A DNA stretch of 64,000 bases from Saccostrea cucullata. Lineage: Eukaryota. This document shows positions 36,301-49,000 of this stretch, piece by piece. The position numbers were made by a program, and so were the translations under genes. The notes under the pieces were generated by a model. That model saw nothing but the letters and a program-made list of their open reading frames with translations, ran no database searches and was not told where the DNA came from. Numbering within the stretch: position 1 is the stretch's first letter; each line of letters begins with the position of its first letter. Where the stretch lies: the NCBI RefSeq assembly GCF_032062105.1, contig NW_026935811.1, forward strand, positions 1-64,000. The letters run 5' to 3'.

Positions 36301-39300
36301 GACCATAGCCGTTAGGGAATGTAATGACGTATTCTTCATCATGATCGATCACAGACACCACTCCCTGCCCGATCATGTGAACACCTATTGACAACCCCAG
36401 GAACTTTGACTTGGTCCAAATATAGCCATCTAATGTTATTCTTTTAGACTTGTGTTCTGCATAAAATGCTGATACTGGAAATAAAAATCATATTAAAATG
36501 AAAAATTGTACTTTTGATCATTTGATGATCTCCATATTTTCTCCCTTTTTTACATAATTTTTTTAACAGAAACAGACAGTTCCATGTTCTATATAGATCT
36601 GTCAGCTTCTGTAAAGAATTAACTTACAATCTCAACAAAACTTACAAAGGGGGGAGGAAAGATAAACAAGTAAAACCTCATCAAACCTTTCTAGAGGGGG
36701 ATGATAAAAAATTTCATGAACAACTTAATACTTGGAGGGTGACGAGACACCTGTTCTGCTACAAAGGCCAGGTTGTTATTGGTAAGTACTGAATTAAAAC
36801 TTACTAGGGGGGTGATGAGACACCTGCTCTGCTACAAAGGCCAGGTTGTTATTCGTGGCTTCTTCACAAGGCCCATCTACTGCTTTCTCCTGCAAATCAA
36901 GAAAGCAAGATGTTTTTATGTTAAAATGTTCTGTTCTTGAATTGAATTGAAGCATGTTGCTTGAAAGTGTCACGTTTACTTTGAAATTCAATGCCAAGGA
37001 TGCATACATGAGATTTATTTAAAAAATCCTTGAATTACTTTACAATATAATCCTGGCAATTTCATAGAGGAAATTTCTTCTTCATGATATTTAATATGTA
37101 CACAGTGTTTTGGTTAGAATTTATTTAAACGTGATAATGAGTCATTAGATATTGTACAGTGTTTACCCCTTCTGACTCCATTCCTGGGATTTTCCAGTGA
37201 CATTTGAACGTTTCCCCGAGGATTGGGTTGTAAGCTTTTTTGGCGATGTCGCTATTTCTGGCGGCGTGGAACGCTGACAGATACCACCTGACCAGCTGTA
37301 TCATTCTGTCCTGAGGCGTCTTCATGTCTACAATTCTAATAAACGATAATAACATTAAGCACTAATTATACATGTAAAGTTCTAATTTGATTTAAATAAA
37401 CTCATGAATCATACTAATAACCCATAAAAAATGAAAACAAATCACCAGTTCACAATTTTCTTCAAATTCCCAAAGCAAGGCTAGAATAAATAAAATAAAA
37501 ACTATCAATATATTCAAAATTAAAAAATTATTTACTTGACAAACAGGTCTGGGTGAGCGAAGAAGTCAGCGTACATCTCGAGTAGGGATCGTCTCTCCAG
37601 TATAAACGTGGGTAGGACGACCTTTGTCAGGTCCATCCCGATCCTGACCTGGGACAACAGGTGAGCTATTATACTCCCATGTTTCTCTAACGAGCCCACT
37701 GGTAATTTAAAGAAAAGAACTGCCTTAAACCTTTTTTTCAACTTTTTAAGCTATTTTTGTGAAATCAATATCATCATCCAGAGTTTGAGGGAAATGAGAA
37801 AAATTAGAAACAATTTAAATCAAAATCTTCAATCTTGAATGCATAAAATAAGATCCAACTCAAGAAGCAATACACACAGGCACTTGATGCTACATATTTG
37901 TCTATATACAAGGTAAATAGTTTTTTATATACACAACATAATGATTTGAAATGATTATGTTCTTCAGTATTGATGTACAGATTTATCTGAGGTTCAATGA
38001 GTTAATAAAGGTTTTACTCACAATCCTCTTTATCCTGTTCATCATAGAGTTCTGAAAAAAAACATGAAAAAAATAAAATACATGTAGGAATTTGTACATA
38101 TGTAACTAATATGAATAATGATACTGAGAGAGCATATTGAAAGTTTTTTGTTTAAATCAAAAAAATTAAAGAATCAAAATAACTGTGCTATCTTTGCTCC
38201 TACCCACTGCTTTACTTACTGTGCTACTCACCATCGTAATAATCATCCTCTGCTATGATCACCTGCTGACACTCCCCCCCGCCCCCTCCTCACTGATTTA
38301 GTTACTATGCTACTTACCATCGTAATAATCGTCCTCTGCTGTGATCACCTGCTGACAGTCCCTCCCGCCCCCATCATCTGTCTCCACTCCCTCTGAGTCC
38401 TCACACTCCCTGAATTCTGTAGCATTTTCTGACTTGTCCTCTGCATGTTGTCGACTGTAGTAATGTAATTAATACATGTATTACAAAACAAAGTGTGAGA
38501 TTCAAAAATACTTTGTTATATAAATATGTTAATAATACTGTATGTAGTCTTCATTCCATGATGGTAAAATTTCCCAATTTCTTAAAATGTACCAATCGCA
38601 AAGGTTTTAATATCACGCTGAACGAACTTACATTTAATATGCATTTAAACATTTTTAAAACCAATGATACCTTTCACAATGGGTTTAATATCAATAAAAA
38701 ATCCCGTCTATATCGCAAACACAGTTTAATGTAAACCTATTGTGATTATTTGCCAATCTACAGTACTTCATTTCTATTAATTTGCTTTTTTAGATATGTT
38801 AATGTATCACTAAATATTACATGTATTACAAAACAAAGTGTGAGATTCAAAAATACTTTGTTATATAAATATGTTAATAAATGTCTTTCCTATTATGCTA
38901 TTACAATGATGGTAAAACCCAATTTCTTAAAATGTACCAATCGCAAATGTTTTAATATCAAGGTCGACGAACTTACATTTAATATGCATTTAAACATTTT
39001 TAAAACCAATGATACCTTTCACAATGGGTTTAATATCAAGAAAAAATAACGAATCGCAAACACAGTTTAATTAAACCTATTGTGATTATTTGCCAATCTA
39101 CAGTACTTCATTTCTATTAATTTGCTTTTTTAGATATGTAAATGTATCACTAAATATTATCACTTTAAGTTGAGAAACAAAACCAACAGAATAATATAAA
39201 TGAGATATTTTCTTTGATATGAACAGCATTAAAATGATATTTTCTTAACTCTCAATACTTACAGAGGACTGGAAGACGCGTGTTTGAATTCTTCAGCTTC

Positions 39301-42300
39301 AAAAAATTCTTCATCCTCGCTACTTGAGTATGAGGTTTATTAACACGTGGAGAATATAGGGGAAGTAACACCGGAGGATTTTCTGCTTACTGTACACAAG
39401 TTTTTCAAAAATTATAGTGACTAAGACACACCTACTTAAGTGTCAATCATATGTCAAATACTCAGCGTTTTCCCTTTATTTCAAAGTAAAGGGCTAGATA
39501 TCATTTGCAACAGGCTAGGGGGCTGAAGGTTTATGAACAAAATCCCTGAAGGACCTTACAACAAATTTTATTTCAAAGGGGTACTTTGTCAATTGAAGCG
39601 GTCAATTTGGCTGGTAGTGGGTTCTTAGGGAAACCACTGAATACTAATCAGACACACCCACTTAGGTGTCAATCAATAGTTTAAAATCACAAACCCTCTT
39701 AACTTCTACTGACATTCATTGACTATTTATTTTTAAGATGATGGTAGAAACTTGCCTCATCTCATTGGCCCATCTTCGTTTGTTTACTTAATCATTTCAC
39801 TTTTAAAAATACATTTAAAGTAAATTATTGGAACACAACAAAATAAAAGCATACATTTGTAGAGATATATATAACTGTGCCTGGAGTAATACTTAGTGTT
39901 TTTTAATGTTGCACAAGCCTAGAAGAGACATCTTGCAAGCTTTTATACAAAAGCATAACAAAGTATATGAAGCCCTATATAAATCTTGCAGTTGATGATT
40001 TTTTTTAAGCACAATATTATGTTACATTTAGCTATTAGTTACAAAAAAGGGTTCTCAAGTGTGTGATTTGTATAATTGATTGCATCTGTTATGATACAGT
40101 TAACAAACTTCAATACATGTACAACAATATAAAATGCCAAACAAAGATCCAAGTAATTCTGGAAAATAAACATTCCTCATTAAATATTAGGGGTACATGT
40201 TTTAACATATTAGTAAATAAGTAAGACAAAGCTTTCACTGTATAAAAAGATAACAGAAAATCTAATGCTAATGGAAGCACCTTACAAAACCAAGAATAAA
40301 CTAAATAAACCATAATTCTAAAACTCAGGAGCCAAACAAGCTCTCATGCAGTCTACAGAACAGTTGCTAAGCAACAAGAGACAACTGGAGCATGCAGATG
40401 ACATTGTTTGACCTTGGCCTACCGACTGAGATGGGTGTGTCCAAACATGGTGGGGTTACCATGACAACATCAGGCACACGGAGCTCTGTGGGTCGCCTGT
40501 TCGGACCTGAAAATTTCTTCTTCATTTCTTATTCTGTCAGTTATCAGTTAACATATATATCATCTGAGGATATTTTTTGGGGACTGATGTTTGACTTTTA
40601 TTGTACTGCTACAGTTTTCAAACTAGACTGTGATTGTTCTCATAAAAAAACATCCCTCAAAATACTGTATAAGCAGAACTTTTAGTGAAGATTTAATTTT
40701 GGCATTATAAGTGATGGTGCTTCATGAGATTGCTAAAATTGAATATATCACTAAAAATTAATTGAAAATGTGTTTTACTTGTAATAGCTTCTTAAGTGAG
40801 CATTTAAAACCCAGTCAAATTACTTCTCAAAAAAAATTTACTACAGCTGTACCAATTTTTAAGGACAAATCACTAAACTTAGGTCTTGCTAAAATTTCCA
40901 CTTATACAGTACTTCATGCCTTCTGAAATTAACCACTATTCTCTCTAATTAATTAAATCTTACATTACTCGGATTCCTGAATGAAGTACATCATACCTTC
41001 AAGCTAAATTCAGGGTTTTCTTTCAATAAAATCTCTATTTAAACAAAAAATTAATAAAAAAGTTATAAGATCTATGGAGAAAAGACATAGTTGTAGATCT
41101 AACTATCAATGAGAGAGACTAATCTGCCCACCATTGTGACTTTAAGCACTGAGACCAGGATATATCTACCCACTCCCCTGACTCCTGTGCGTTTCTGCCT
41201 TAATTACCTGAGTTGACTCCTGTAGCACCAAAATGATTGAAGTCTGCCCCTGTCGTGAGGATCGCTTCGTGTACAGAACCGTTCATAACCGGCCCATTCA
41301 GACTCTCCTGAAAACAGCAAGGAAATACCTGATCAAATTCAAAGTTAATGAAAATATCTTTAGTCAAACAAATCCTGAGCTGCTACTAGTATGACAGTAA
41401 CCGAATTTTATGAATTTTGCATACCGGTAGTAAGGATAGTGTGAAAGTAACATAATTTTATGAATTTTGCACAATAAGGGTGAGATTTATAGTTTGGTTA
41501 GCTTTCCATTAATCAGAATGAGTAGCTTTCTGTACCTTAGATATCTGCAGCATGACGATGGAATGTTTAATAGCCTCTATCATAGCCTGCAAAGATAAAT
41601 TTCAATAGATACATAAATTTCTTATACATATTTTCTAGTCTGAGGCAGTTACACTTTCCTTCACTGAAGAAAATAGATATTTGTTCAAAGCATTTAATAA
41701 ATAAAGTAATAGTTCCAGATGATTCCTCTGTTACAAGTTTTGGAATACCGTACCACAGCAGTAATTTTTACCTCAGGATTTAATTTTGGCATTATTCTCG
41801 AGGGTGCTGACAACGCTAAAATTTAATATTGCTGAAAAAAAAATAATTCAACTACGGACACAACAATCTCATTACTCACTCAACAATCTCATTTGTAAAA
41901 TCGTCTTTACTTATTCAGCATTTTAAAATCGCTAAAATTACTTATCGCTAAAATTACAATTCTATTATTTTAGGTAGAAATCGCGTAAATTTAGCAATTT
42001 GTCCTTAAAAAATTTCCATTTGTACGGTAAAAATCTAAAAACAGTTTTCAGTAAATTTGCTTTCAGCAGTGACTTTGATCACGACCTGAACCTGGTTCAT
42101 GATTTGGAGGCGGCCAAATCCTCACACGCCTCAATTCTTGTCTCCAGGGCCTGAAAATAAACAAAATCTGACTCATGTTTTAATGTCACTTGATATACAA
42201 TCTCATGATTGACTTGTAAAACAAGTAGGAAATATTTTGTTGAATGTAAATGATACACATGAGCATGTTTCATGAGAATTTCACTTGAAAATAAGATTTG

Positions 42301-45300
42301 CTTGAAATTTAATTTTATATCATTATTTCACTTGCCTGTGTATTTCTGATGTGTGTAATTATAATAACCTGAACCTGGTCTAACATGATTTGGAGGTAGG
42401 CGTATTTTACCTTGCCCACATCCTCGGCAGTCAGTATTTTACCTTGAACTGCCACACTGAGAATCAAAATAAAAGTAAAGGCTGTACATTTTAATGGTGT
42501 CACTTGATTCAGCTGTCATCTCATTTGATAGAAAACAATACAGAGTATTTTGTTGAATGTCTCATCTGATATACTTCCAAATGTGTCTTGCATGAAATTT
42601 AATTTTATGAAGAAAAATGTGTATTTTGACCATACTATGTGTATGTATAATTAGTAACTGTCTTTCAGTATTTTACCTTGCCCACACTGGAATGTCTTAG
42701 TATGGTATTCTCCAGAGCATTGACCCACTTTTCTCTTTCCTCTGCATCACGAGCTAAAAGTACAACAATCAAAATATTCAAAAAACCTGTGACCTGCAAA
42801 TCAATAACAAAGCTGACCAGTTTTAAGCAAGATGTAAATTAAATCTGATCTTGTAGGAGAAAACAAAAGAAACCTTGAAAATGGAAGGTCTTCTGATCAA
42901 CAGTAATGGTGAATGTACTGTCGTCTTCATCATCAATCCCAATTATAGCTCCCTGAAATGACAAGTAAACATTCAACCTTTGTATCTGATGATCAATTTA
43001 TCTGCTTGGGCAATTTTTTCTTTCCGATTATTCCAGAAAACTCTACATGAAATGACTTTAACATACCTATGATAAAAATTTCTGTGATTTTTTTCAATTG
43101 TACTCACCACCAGCCTGACACAACCCCTCCTTGTGCCTCTCATCATCTTTTCTTTTGACTTCAATGAAACCATATATTCAAAATTAGTACATAATAATAT
43201 TGTAATGAAATATTTATAGCATGAATATATTGTAATGGTGGGGCATGAAGAGCCAGTGAAGCTAGTGGCACTGCAAGTCTTATGGTAATGCCTGGGAGAA
43301 AAGGAAGTTTAAATTTATTTACACATTGATCTCATCTTATTTGCAAGATCATAATTCAGTTTCAAAGGCATTTCGTTGATTTGTTACATGGAATAATGGC
43401 TAAGACTAAAAAAAAACACAGAGTGCCACTGCCAAGTTGTGCTTCATTGATAATTATTTTTTGTTGATATTTTCAAATCAATGAAAAAACAATATTAATT
43501 TTTTCAGAGAACAATTAAGGTTAAAAGCCTCTTTTGAAAATGTAATTTTACAACTAAGCTTTTAAGCATAGAATTTAATTTGGGATCAAAAGCCTCATAT
43601 TTAAAATTTTTTTTTTAAATATAAGCTCAGGGTTCTCCATAAGCTGTTTTACTATGTTGCTCCAGACACAGTAAAATTTTCTCTGACACAGTAACGATTC
43701 AGATTTTATGCGTGTGACACAGTAAAAATTTTGCCGACACAGTAAAATCTGTGATAATTAGAAAATCTAAACATGTAAAGTTCTCTAACTAAATCTTTAA
43801 TCAAACACTTCTATCGTCTTTCAATTCTAAACGGTGGAGCACTTAATTACAAGGGCTTTACCTTGCTAATCAATTATCTCCTAAACCCTTGCCGGACTTA
43901 ACGCACCAGGGAACACAGACAAATAATCTGTTTTCACACTTTCATAATGGTTAATTGGTAGTTGCAAAAAATACACTGTATTATTTTTGAAAAAAAATAT
44001 TTAAATATGTCTTTTCTATAGAGCCATGGCTCTAGAATTATGTTACATGTACATGTAGCAATGGCAGACAAACATAACATCGTACCGAAGTCATTTCATT
44101 GATGTAAATAAATTGCTTTAAATTTTCAACATGTTCAAGGAACTCTTAAAAGTATTTTACCATTCTGAAGTTCGGTAATTCCAGTCTTCGCCAAATCTTT
44201 TTTTCAGCACATGCCCTTCGGGCAGGTGTGATCACTAATTACGCTAGCCCGAAGAAACATGCCCAAAATTTAAGCAAGTTATATTATTCTTATTTGCCTT
44301 TTCATGCAAATTTATTGTCTCGCCATTTGTTTTCAACCTGGACACTTTTTGTGTCTCAGACCTTTGCAGAAGAGTTCCTTGGAAATTGCGGTAAAATAAA
44401 CTGTCAGTAAAATTTTATTTTGTACTTCACTTTAAATGGAAAATCAAAGACTTTAAAGTACAATTGATGTTATTAGTCATATTTAATTTGATTATATCGA
44501 GGCTTATGCCTTAGAATTTACATGCCCTTCGGGCTTGTACCGGTAGTTGTGCAATTTCCACATGCCCGCTTCCAATTTTACCAGGTCCCGGGCATCGGAC
44601 TCCCGGGATTTGTCGAAGACTGTAATTCGATCAAGACAACAGACAAGTTATCACGGCAAATTTACTCTCAAAAATATTAAGTACAAGTAGTTCAACAGTA
44701 TTTACCAGAATTCCCTCTGCTTTTCTGAACATGTCTTTTTACTTTTATCAATATGTAAAACCATACCATTTGTGTAACGGATTATCAATTTTTGAAAAGT
44801 GTGTACATGTATTCTTTTGTAATTATAATGAATAGTGATTCAGTTGCGAATTTAACTGCGAAAATATCGCGAAATTTTAGTGTTTCGCGTAAACTCTGCA
44901 ACACAGTAACATTTCAAATGATGAAGAACCCTGTAAGCTCACAATAGCTAGAATGTTAGAATGATAAATGTCTTACGGACCAGGTTTAATGGTTTTGTTC
45001 CGTGTATTCGCAATGTAGAAAAAGAAACACGGGGGATAACTCGTACTCAGTGCATTTACTACGAACAATCCAGAGAGTTCCGAATGCAAGCATGGTGTGT
45101 AAAGTTGAAGCGAGAAGAAAAGTTGAGAAAATTCTTTAAATTTCCGTCTAATTGGATTACATTTTAGGTTTAAAGGCAAACATAACATCAAAAAGGTTTG
45201 TTATAATTAATTTGGAAGTTATTTCCACTGCAACTCCCTTTGTACGTATGTTGTATTCTTCAAATTCATTTTGGAGCGATTCCGCATGCATTTGCTACAT

Positions 45301-45686
45301 TGGGAGTATATGGGTGGTATTCTAACTGAAACTTTTGTGAGGGCTTGTCTCGAGAAGACAGATTATTCTACCTAAGCTCTGCCTCACAAGATCTCATATA
45401 TAGTGAAGTCGCCTTTGGCGACACTATTATTTGGAGTATTTCTCTTTGGACCAGTAAAGTAAAGTTGCTCCTCTATAAATGCTACAAAATATTTTGCTTC
45501 AAATAAATGCTTTGCTGTTTATTTTGATATGCACTGTGACTGACACATGAGTTTGATGGATTTCTGCTTTTGACTTACGGTAAAATACGACAGAAGGCCA
45601 GCAGTCTCGTCCAGAACGAACCATCTATACTGCCATCCTTTCATCACATTTGTCCATTTACTCAGGGGCCCTTCTACGACAGCCAT
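30378..45686 (-). CDS. OSBPL9: Oxysterol-binding protein-related protein 9 (PH, FFAT-like motif, ORD); about 21 exons, three of which look damaged in this assembly
   Basis: N-terminus [26 protein letters not shown]...[52 protein letters not shown] is near-identical to vertebrate ORP9; also [32 protein letters not shown] and the EQVSHHPP fingerprint. Exons: 45686-45579, 43158-43108, 42952-42874, 42753-42677, ~42456-42369, 42150-~42062, 41586-41536, 41307-41208, 40506-40423, ~39389-39263, 38454-38318, 38051-38022, 37698-37536, 37335-37167, 36889-36805, 36474-36300, 32952-32856, 32713-32591, 32232-32141, 31460-31325, 30482-30378 (TAG). Confidence 0.93.
30793..30952. repeat. 160-bp near-perfect palindrome (hairpin element 1)
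   Basis: Arms pair around AAAGCCC-TTC-GGGCTTT. Confidence 0.9.
32252..32400. mobile_element. Short TA-TSD MITE
   Basis: TACTGTGAAATC ... GATTTTACAGTA, same family as the element at 9696-12034. Confidence 0.75.
33361..36109. mobile_element. 2.75-kb non-coding TIR element with 8 internal copies of a 16-bp motif
   Basis: CGGGTGAAACACAATATAGGG / CCCTTTATTGTGTTTCACCCG termini; motif TGTAGTGTCCGTAACC in both orientations. Confidence 0.75.
38474..39160. repeat. About 345-bp intronic tandem duplication (2 copies)
   Basis: ACATGTATTACAAAACAAAGTGTGAGATTC at 38474 and 38819, with high identity through both units. Confidence 0.9.
40663..40911. mobile_element. TA-TSD MITE
   Basis: TACTGTATAAG ... CTTATACAGTA. 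Confidence 0.7.
41746..42029. mobile_element. TA-TSD MITE (about 282-bp insertion)
   Basis: TACCGTAC ... GTACGGTA termini; internal TTAATTTTGGCATTAT / CGCTAAAATT motifs shared with 40663-40911. Confidence 0.65.
43628..44933. mobile_element. TIR element with 6-bp TSD, containing a second 6-bp-TSD element (44182-44622)
   Basis: TAAGCT|CAGGGTTCT...AGAACCCTG|TAAGCT; inner TAATTC|CAGTCTTCG...CGAAGACTG|TAATTC; subterminal ACACAGTAA repeats. Confidence 0.85.
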
Positions 45687-46058
45687 GTCTCAAATCTGAC
45701 ACTACACTCACTGCAGTCGCAGCAGTGACAGTCGTAAGAAAGTACCGGAAGTGGGCAGGTGTCGGTGAAAGGAAAAATAACTCGTACAATAAACAAGTCG
45801 AATGAAATGATAAATGAAAATTTGATCATTGCATAGTTTTCAAATGATGAATATCCATTAATTGTTTTAAAATAATACCTTTACAAAAATATTTTGAAAT
45901 TTATTAAAATCAAAACACAGATATAGCAAATATTTTAAAGTACAACTTATCTAGCACCTGCAGAAAACCTTAACCAATCAAATGGTTTGTGTCCGGAAGG
46001 CAGAATTTTTGAAATACCAAAATGTTGATATTATTGCGATAGTGACAAAGAAGAAGAA
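45687..46058. promoter_or_regulatory. Compact bidirectional promoter between OSBPL9 and DEPDC1
   Basis: Divergent ATGs are 372 bp apart; ETS-like ACCGGAAGTG at 45744 and CCGGAAG at 45993, CCAAT at 45974, TTTGAA at 46008. Confidence 0.65.
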
Positions 46059-49000
46059 ATGGCCCAGCCTGGAAACGGTCGAGAAAACCCTATCACAGGG
46101 CCTTATAGGGCGACCAAACTGGTATTGTTTAGATTTCAATGTTCTTCATGTTTGTTTCTTTATGTGACAGAGGTGGCATGTGTTTTCTGCTTACTGCTTT
46201 GTTTACATTAGCCTATTTGTAAGTCTGCAGAAAGACAGTATGACATGAAGTGTATAATCTCAAATATCACTGTAGAGAGTTGCAATAAAAGTAAACTGAA
46301 AGTATTATTTAACATGTTTGATACTAATTATCATTTTGTCAAAAAAATAAACAGACGTATACAACATAAAAGGCACCCTTTCTAAAATACCAATTTAATT
46401 AAAAGTTGAGATGTGTTTCCTGATGATTATCATAATTATGAAATGTTAAAATTATTTTAGTGGAATGAAGTGATCTGTGCATTTCGACAAGGCGTTCCTG
46501 CAGGTCGACATCGTCGATACATGAAGACTTACGAAAAGTGTTTCACTGCAACAGAAGCTGTAGACTGGTTGCATAATTATCTGAAGTCAAATTGCAACTT
46601 CGCATCAGAGGTGACAAGGTAAAGTTTCTGGTAGCATAGAATCTACTCTCTCAAAACCTACATTGTCTCTGACATTGACAAGAAGAATTTCTGTAATCCA
46701 ATGTGTGCAAGCAAAGTTCTTGAAATTATTTTTCAAGTTTCAGAAACTTGTACTGACACTTCTACTTTTATTTTTGGTCCAATCCAAATTATATACATAT
46801 TAATTCTCAACTGAATTCCACATGTTCAGGTTTCATCTCACTAATTTATTCAAGCATTTAACATATCCTTTGAATATACTTCTTTCATTTGGTCACATTC
46901 TCTTTGTGCCCAATCGTCTCTCCTGAATACCTCTCTATAAACATCTAATTTCCTCCTCCTCTCTCATTCCATCTCTAACCTCCATAAAAAGTCATTATTG
47001 TCTAAGTCTGCTGAATGTTTTTCTTCTTCCCTTTCCTTTGATGTCTCACTGTTGCCCGATAAAAGAAAACTTTTGATATTGTTATTTAGTTTATAGATTA
47101 CTAATCCTGATTTTTCTATCAGGGGCCAGACACTACAGCTTCTTCAGAAACTGCACCGAGCACGTGTCATCGAGGACGTGAGAGGGGTGAAACACAACCA
47201 ACAGGACATCTCTGATAACGGCCGGCTACTCAGGTGAGTTTACACTCAACAGCTGCCTCCACTGACATCAATCCTGTTTTGATTCTTCTCCCCCATAAAT
47301 TATACACATTAACTCAGATTGAATGAATATAAACCCCATCCCACCCCACTGATTCCTTTATCATAAATGATAAAAAAAACAGCTATCAGTTTAAGTTTAA
47401 TGTTTTTAGATGTAAAGTTCCCTCCCCTGCCAAGATCATCAGAACACCCTTAAGGATCAGGAATGACATCATCAACACAACAGCAGCACCCTCTGTAGGA
47501 CCAATCAAATTAGATCTGGACCTCCAGTTAGAGACACGCCCAGATATCCCAGAATGCCATATTGTGGCCAAAGAACTGTCTGCCACTGAAACGGAGAACA
47601 TCTGGAAAAACGTGACGTTAGACAAGTATGTGAAGTAAAAATAATTATCTAATCACTGGAGTCAGTCATTCAGATTGATTTTTTTGTTTCAATATATACA
47701 CATGATACATTGTATTCAATCAAAATAATCCACATGTTTTATGGGATCATCTACTAAAATTGGTCAAATTAATTTCATTGTCTGATTGAGAAATGACAGA
47801 AGGAGATCTACTTAATAATTAGTGTGATGATATATATTTATTTATATAGCTTGAACAATGATATAAGTCTAAGAAAACGCACACGTTACCAGTGAACTGA
47901 TTAGATTGGATAACTAACTGTGTTAAATGTTTGACAGATTACAGCAGGTGCTACACATGGAGAATCTAGAGGACATTCTGGATAGCAGTCTAGTGGTGGG
48001 GAAGAACATCCTCCATAACTGTGTGTACATCAATAAAAGTGGAATAGTCACCAACATTCCTCAGAAAGGTAAACCATCCCATCTATCTAAATTAAGTCCA
48101 TCATCACACTCACCCAACTGTGTACATCAATAAATTAGAATACTCACGAGCCTCCTATCCCCATCCCCCCCCCCCCCCACACACACACACACACCCACAC
48201 ACATATTCTATGTGAATGTTGATGATGAATTACTAAGGGGACTGTTGATCCACAGTTTTTCCATGTATTTCAATAGTATAATTATAAAATCAAACCATTT
48301 TATTTCCTGAGTGATGTTGGAGTAAAATCCTCACATATTTAGGAATTAACAGTAGTGAAGAGTGACAATATTGCATATTATATGTTACCTGAAATTGTAA
48401 GATGTAAGTGTCGTTTTTTTCTTTAATTAAATGTACACTATCTACATTTCTATCTATTACAACAGATCAGCTACCACACTGGGCCCTGTCTGCTATGAAG
48501 TGTCTGGCTCACTGTAAGTTGACTATATATCTGATTTCATTTCATTCATTTAATATACATTTGTCTGTGTACTAGTAGTATTACACAGTCAAGCTATATA
48601 ACAGGCATGGCTGTCTCTGCTGTCAAAGCTTGTGGGAAGGTGCAATTTCCAATTTAACTGAAAAATCTTACCTGGAGAAGAATTGCATGAATAATGCATA
48701 TCAAGATTCATGCTATAAACAGATAAAGTTTCCTCAAGATTCTGCATTTAAACCTTTTTTTTTTTAACATTGAAAAAAATTTATATAAATATGTGATCAG
48801 ATCAAACTATGTCTGAATATTGTAATGTTGCGAGTGTTTGTTGTTATTTTAAGGGCCACAAAAAGTGGACGACCTTCCTAGTTACCCCGGCTTTGAGCGT
48901 GATGTTTTCCGAGTGGTTAAGGAGTACTTCTGTGGCCTTGACGAACCTCTGATGACCTTTGAAATGTATGAGGTCGTCTTAAATGTTTTCAGTGAGTATC

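Noticed and set aside
38474-39160. 345-bp duplication as another splice-junction duplication
   Set aside because: It starts about 20 bp from the acceptor and includes no exon sequence or AG, so it was not counted; it may also be two alleles assembled in tandem.
30378-45686. Calling OSBPL9 a pseudogene
   Set aside because: Eighteen other exons are intact and highly conserved; the lesions cluster beside a MITE and a tandem duplication and fit consensus errors better.
48165-48203. Poly-C and (CA)n run, plus the C/A/G homopolymer hairpin at 23009-23031
   Set aside because: Ordinary low-complexity sequence with no evidence of function.
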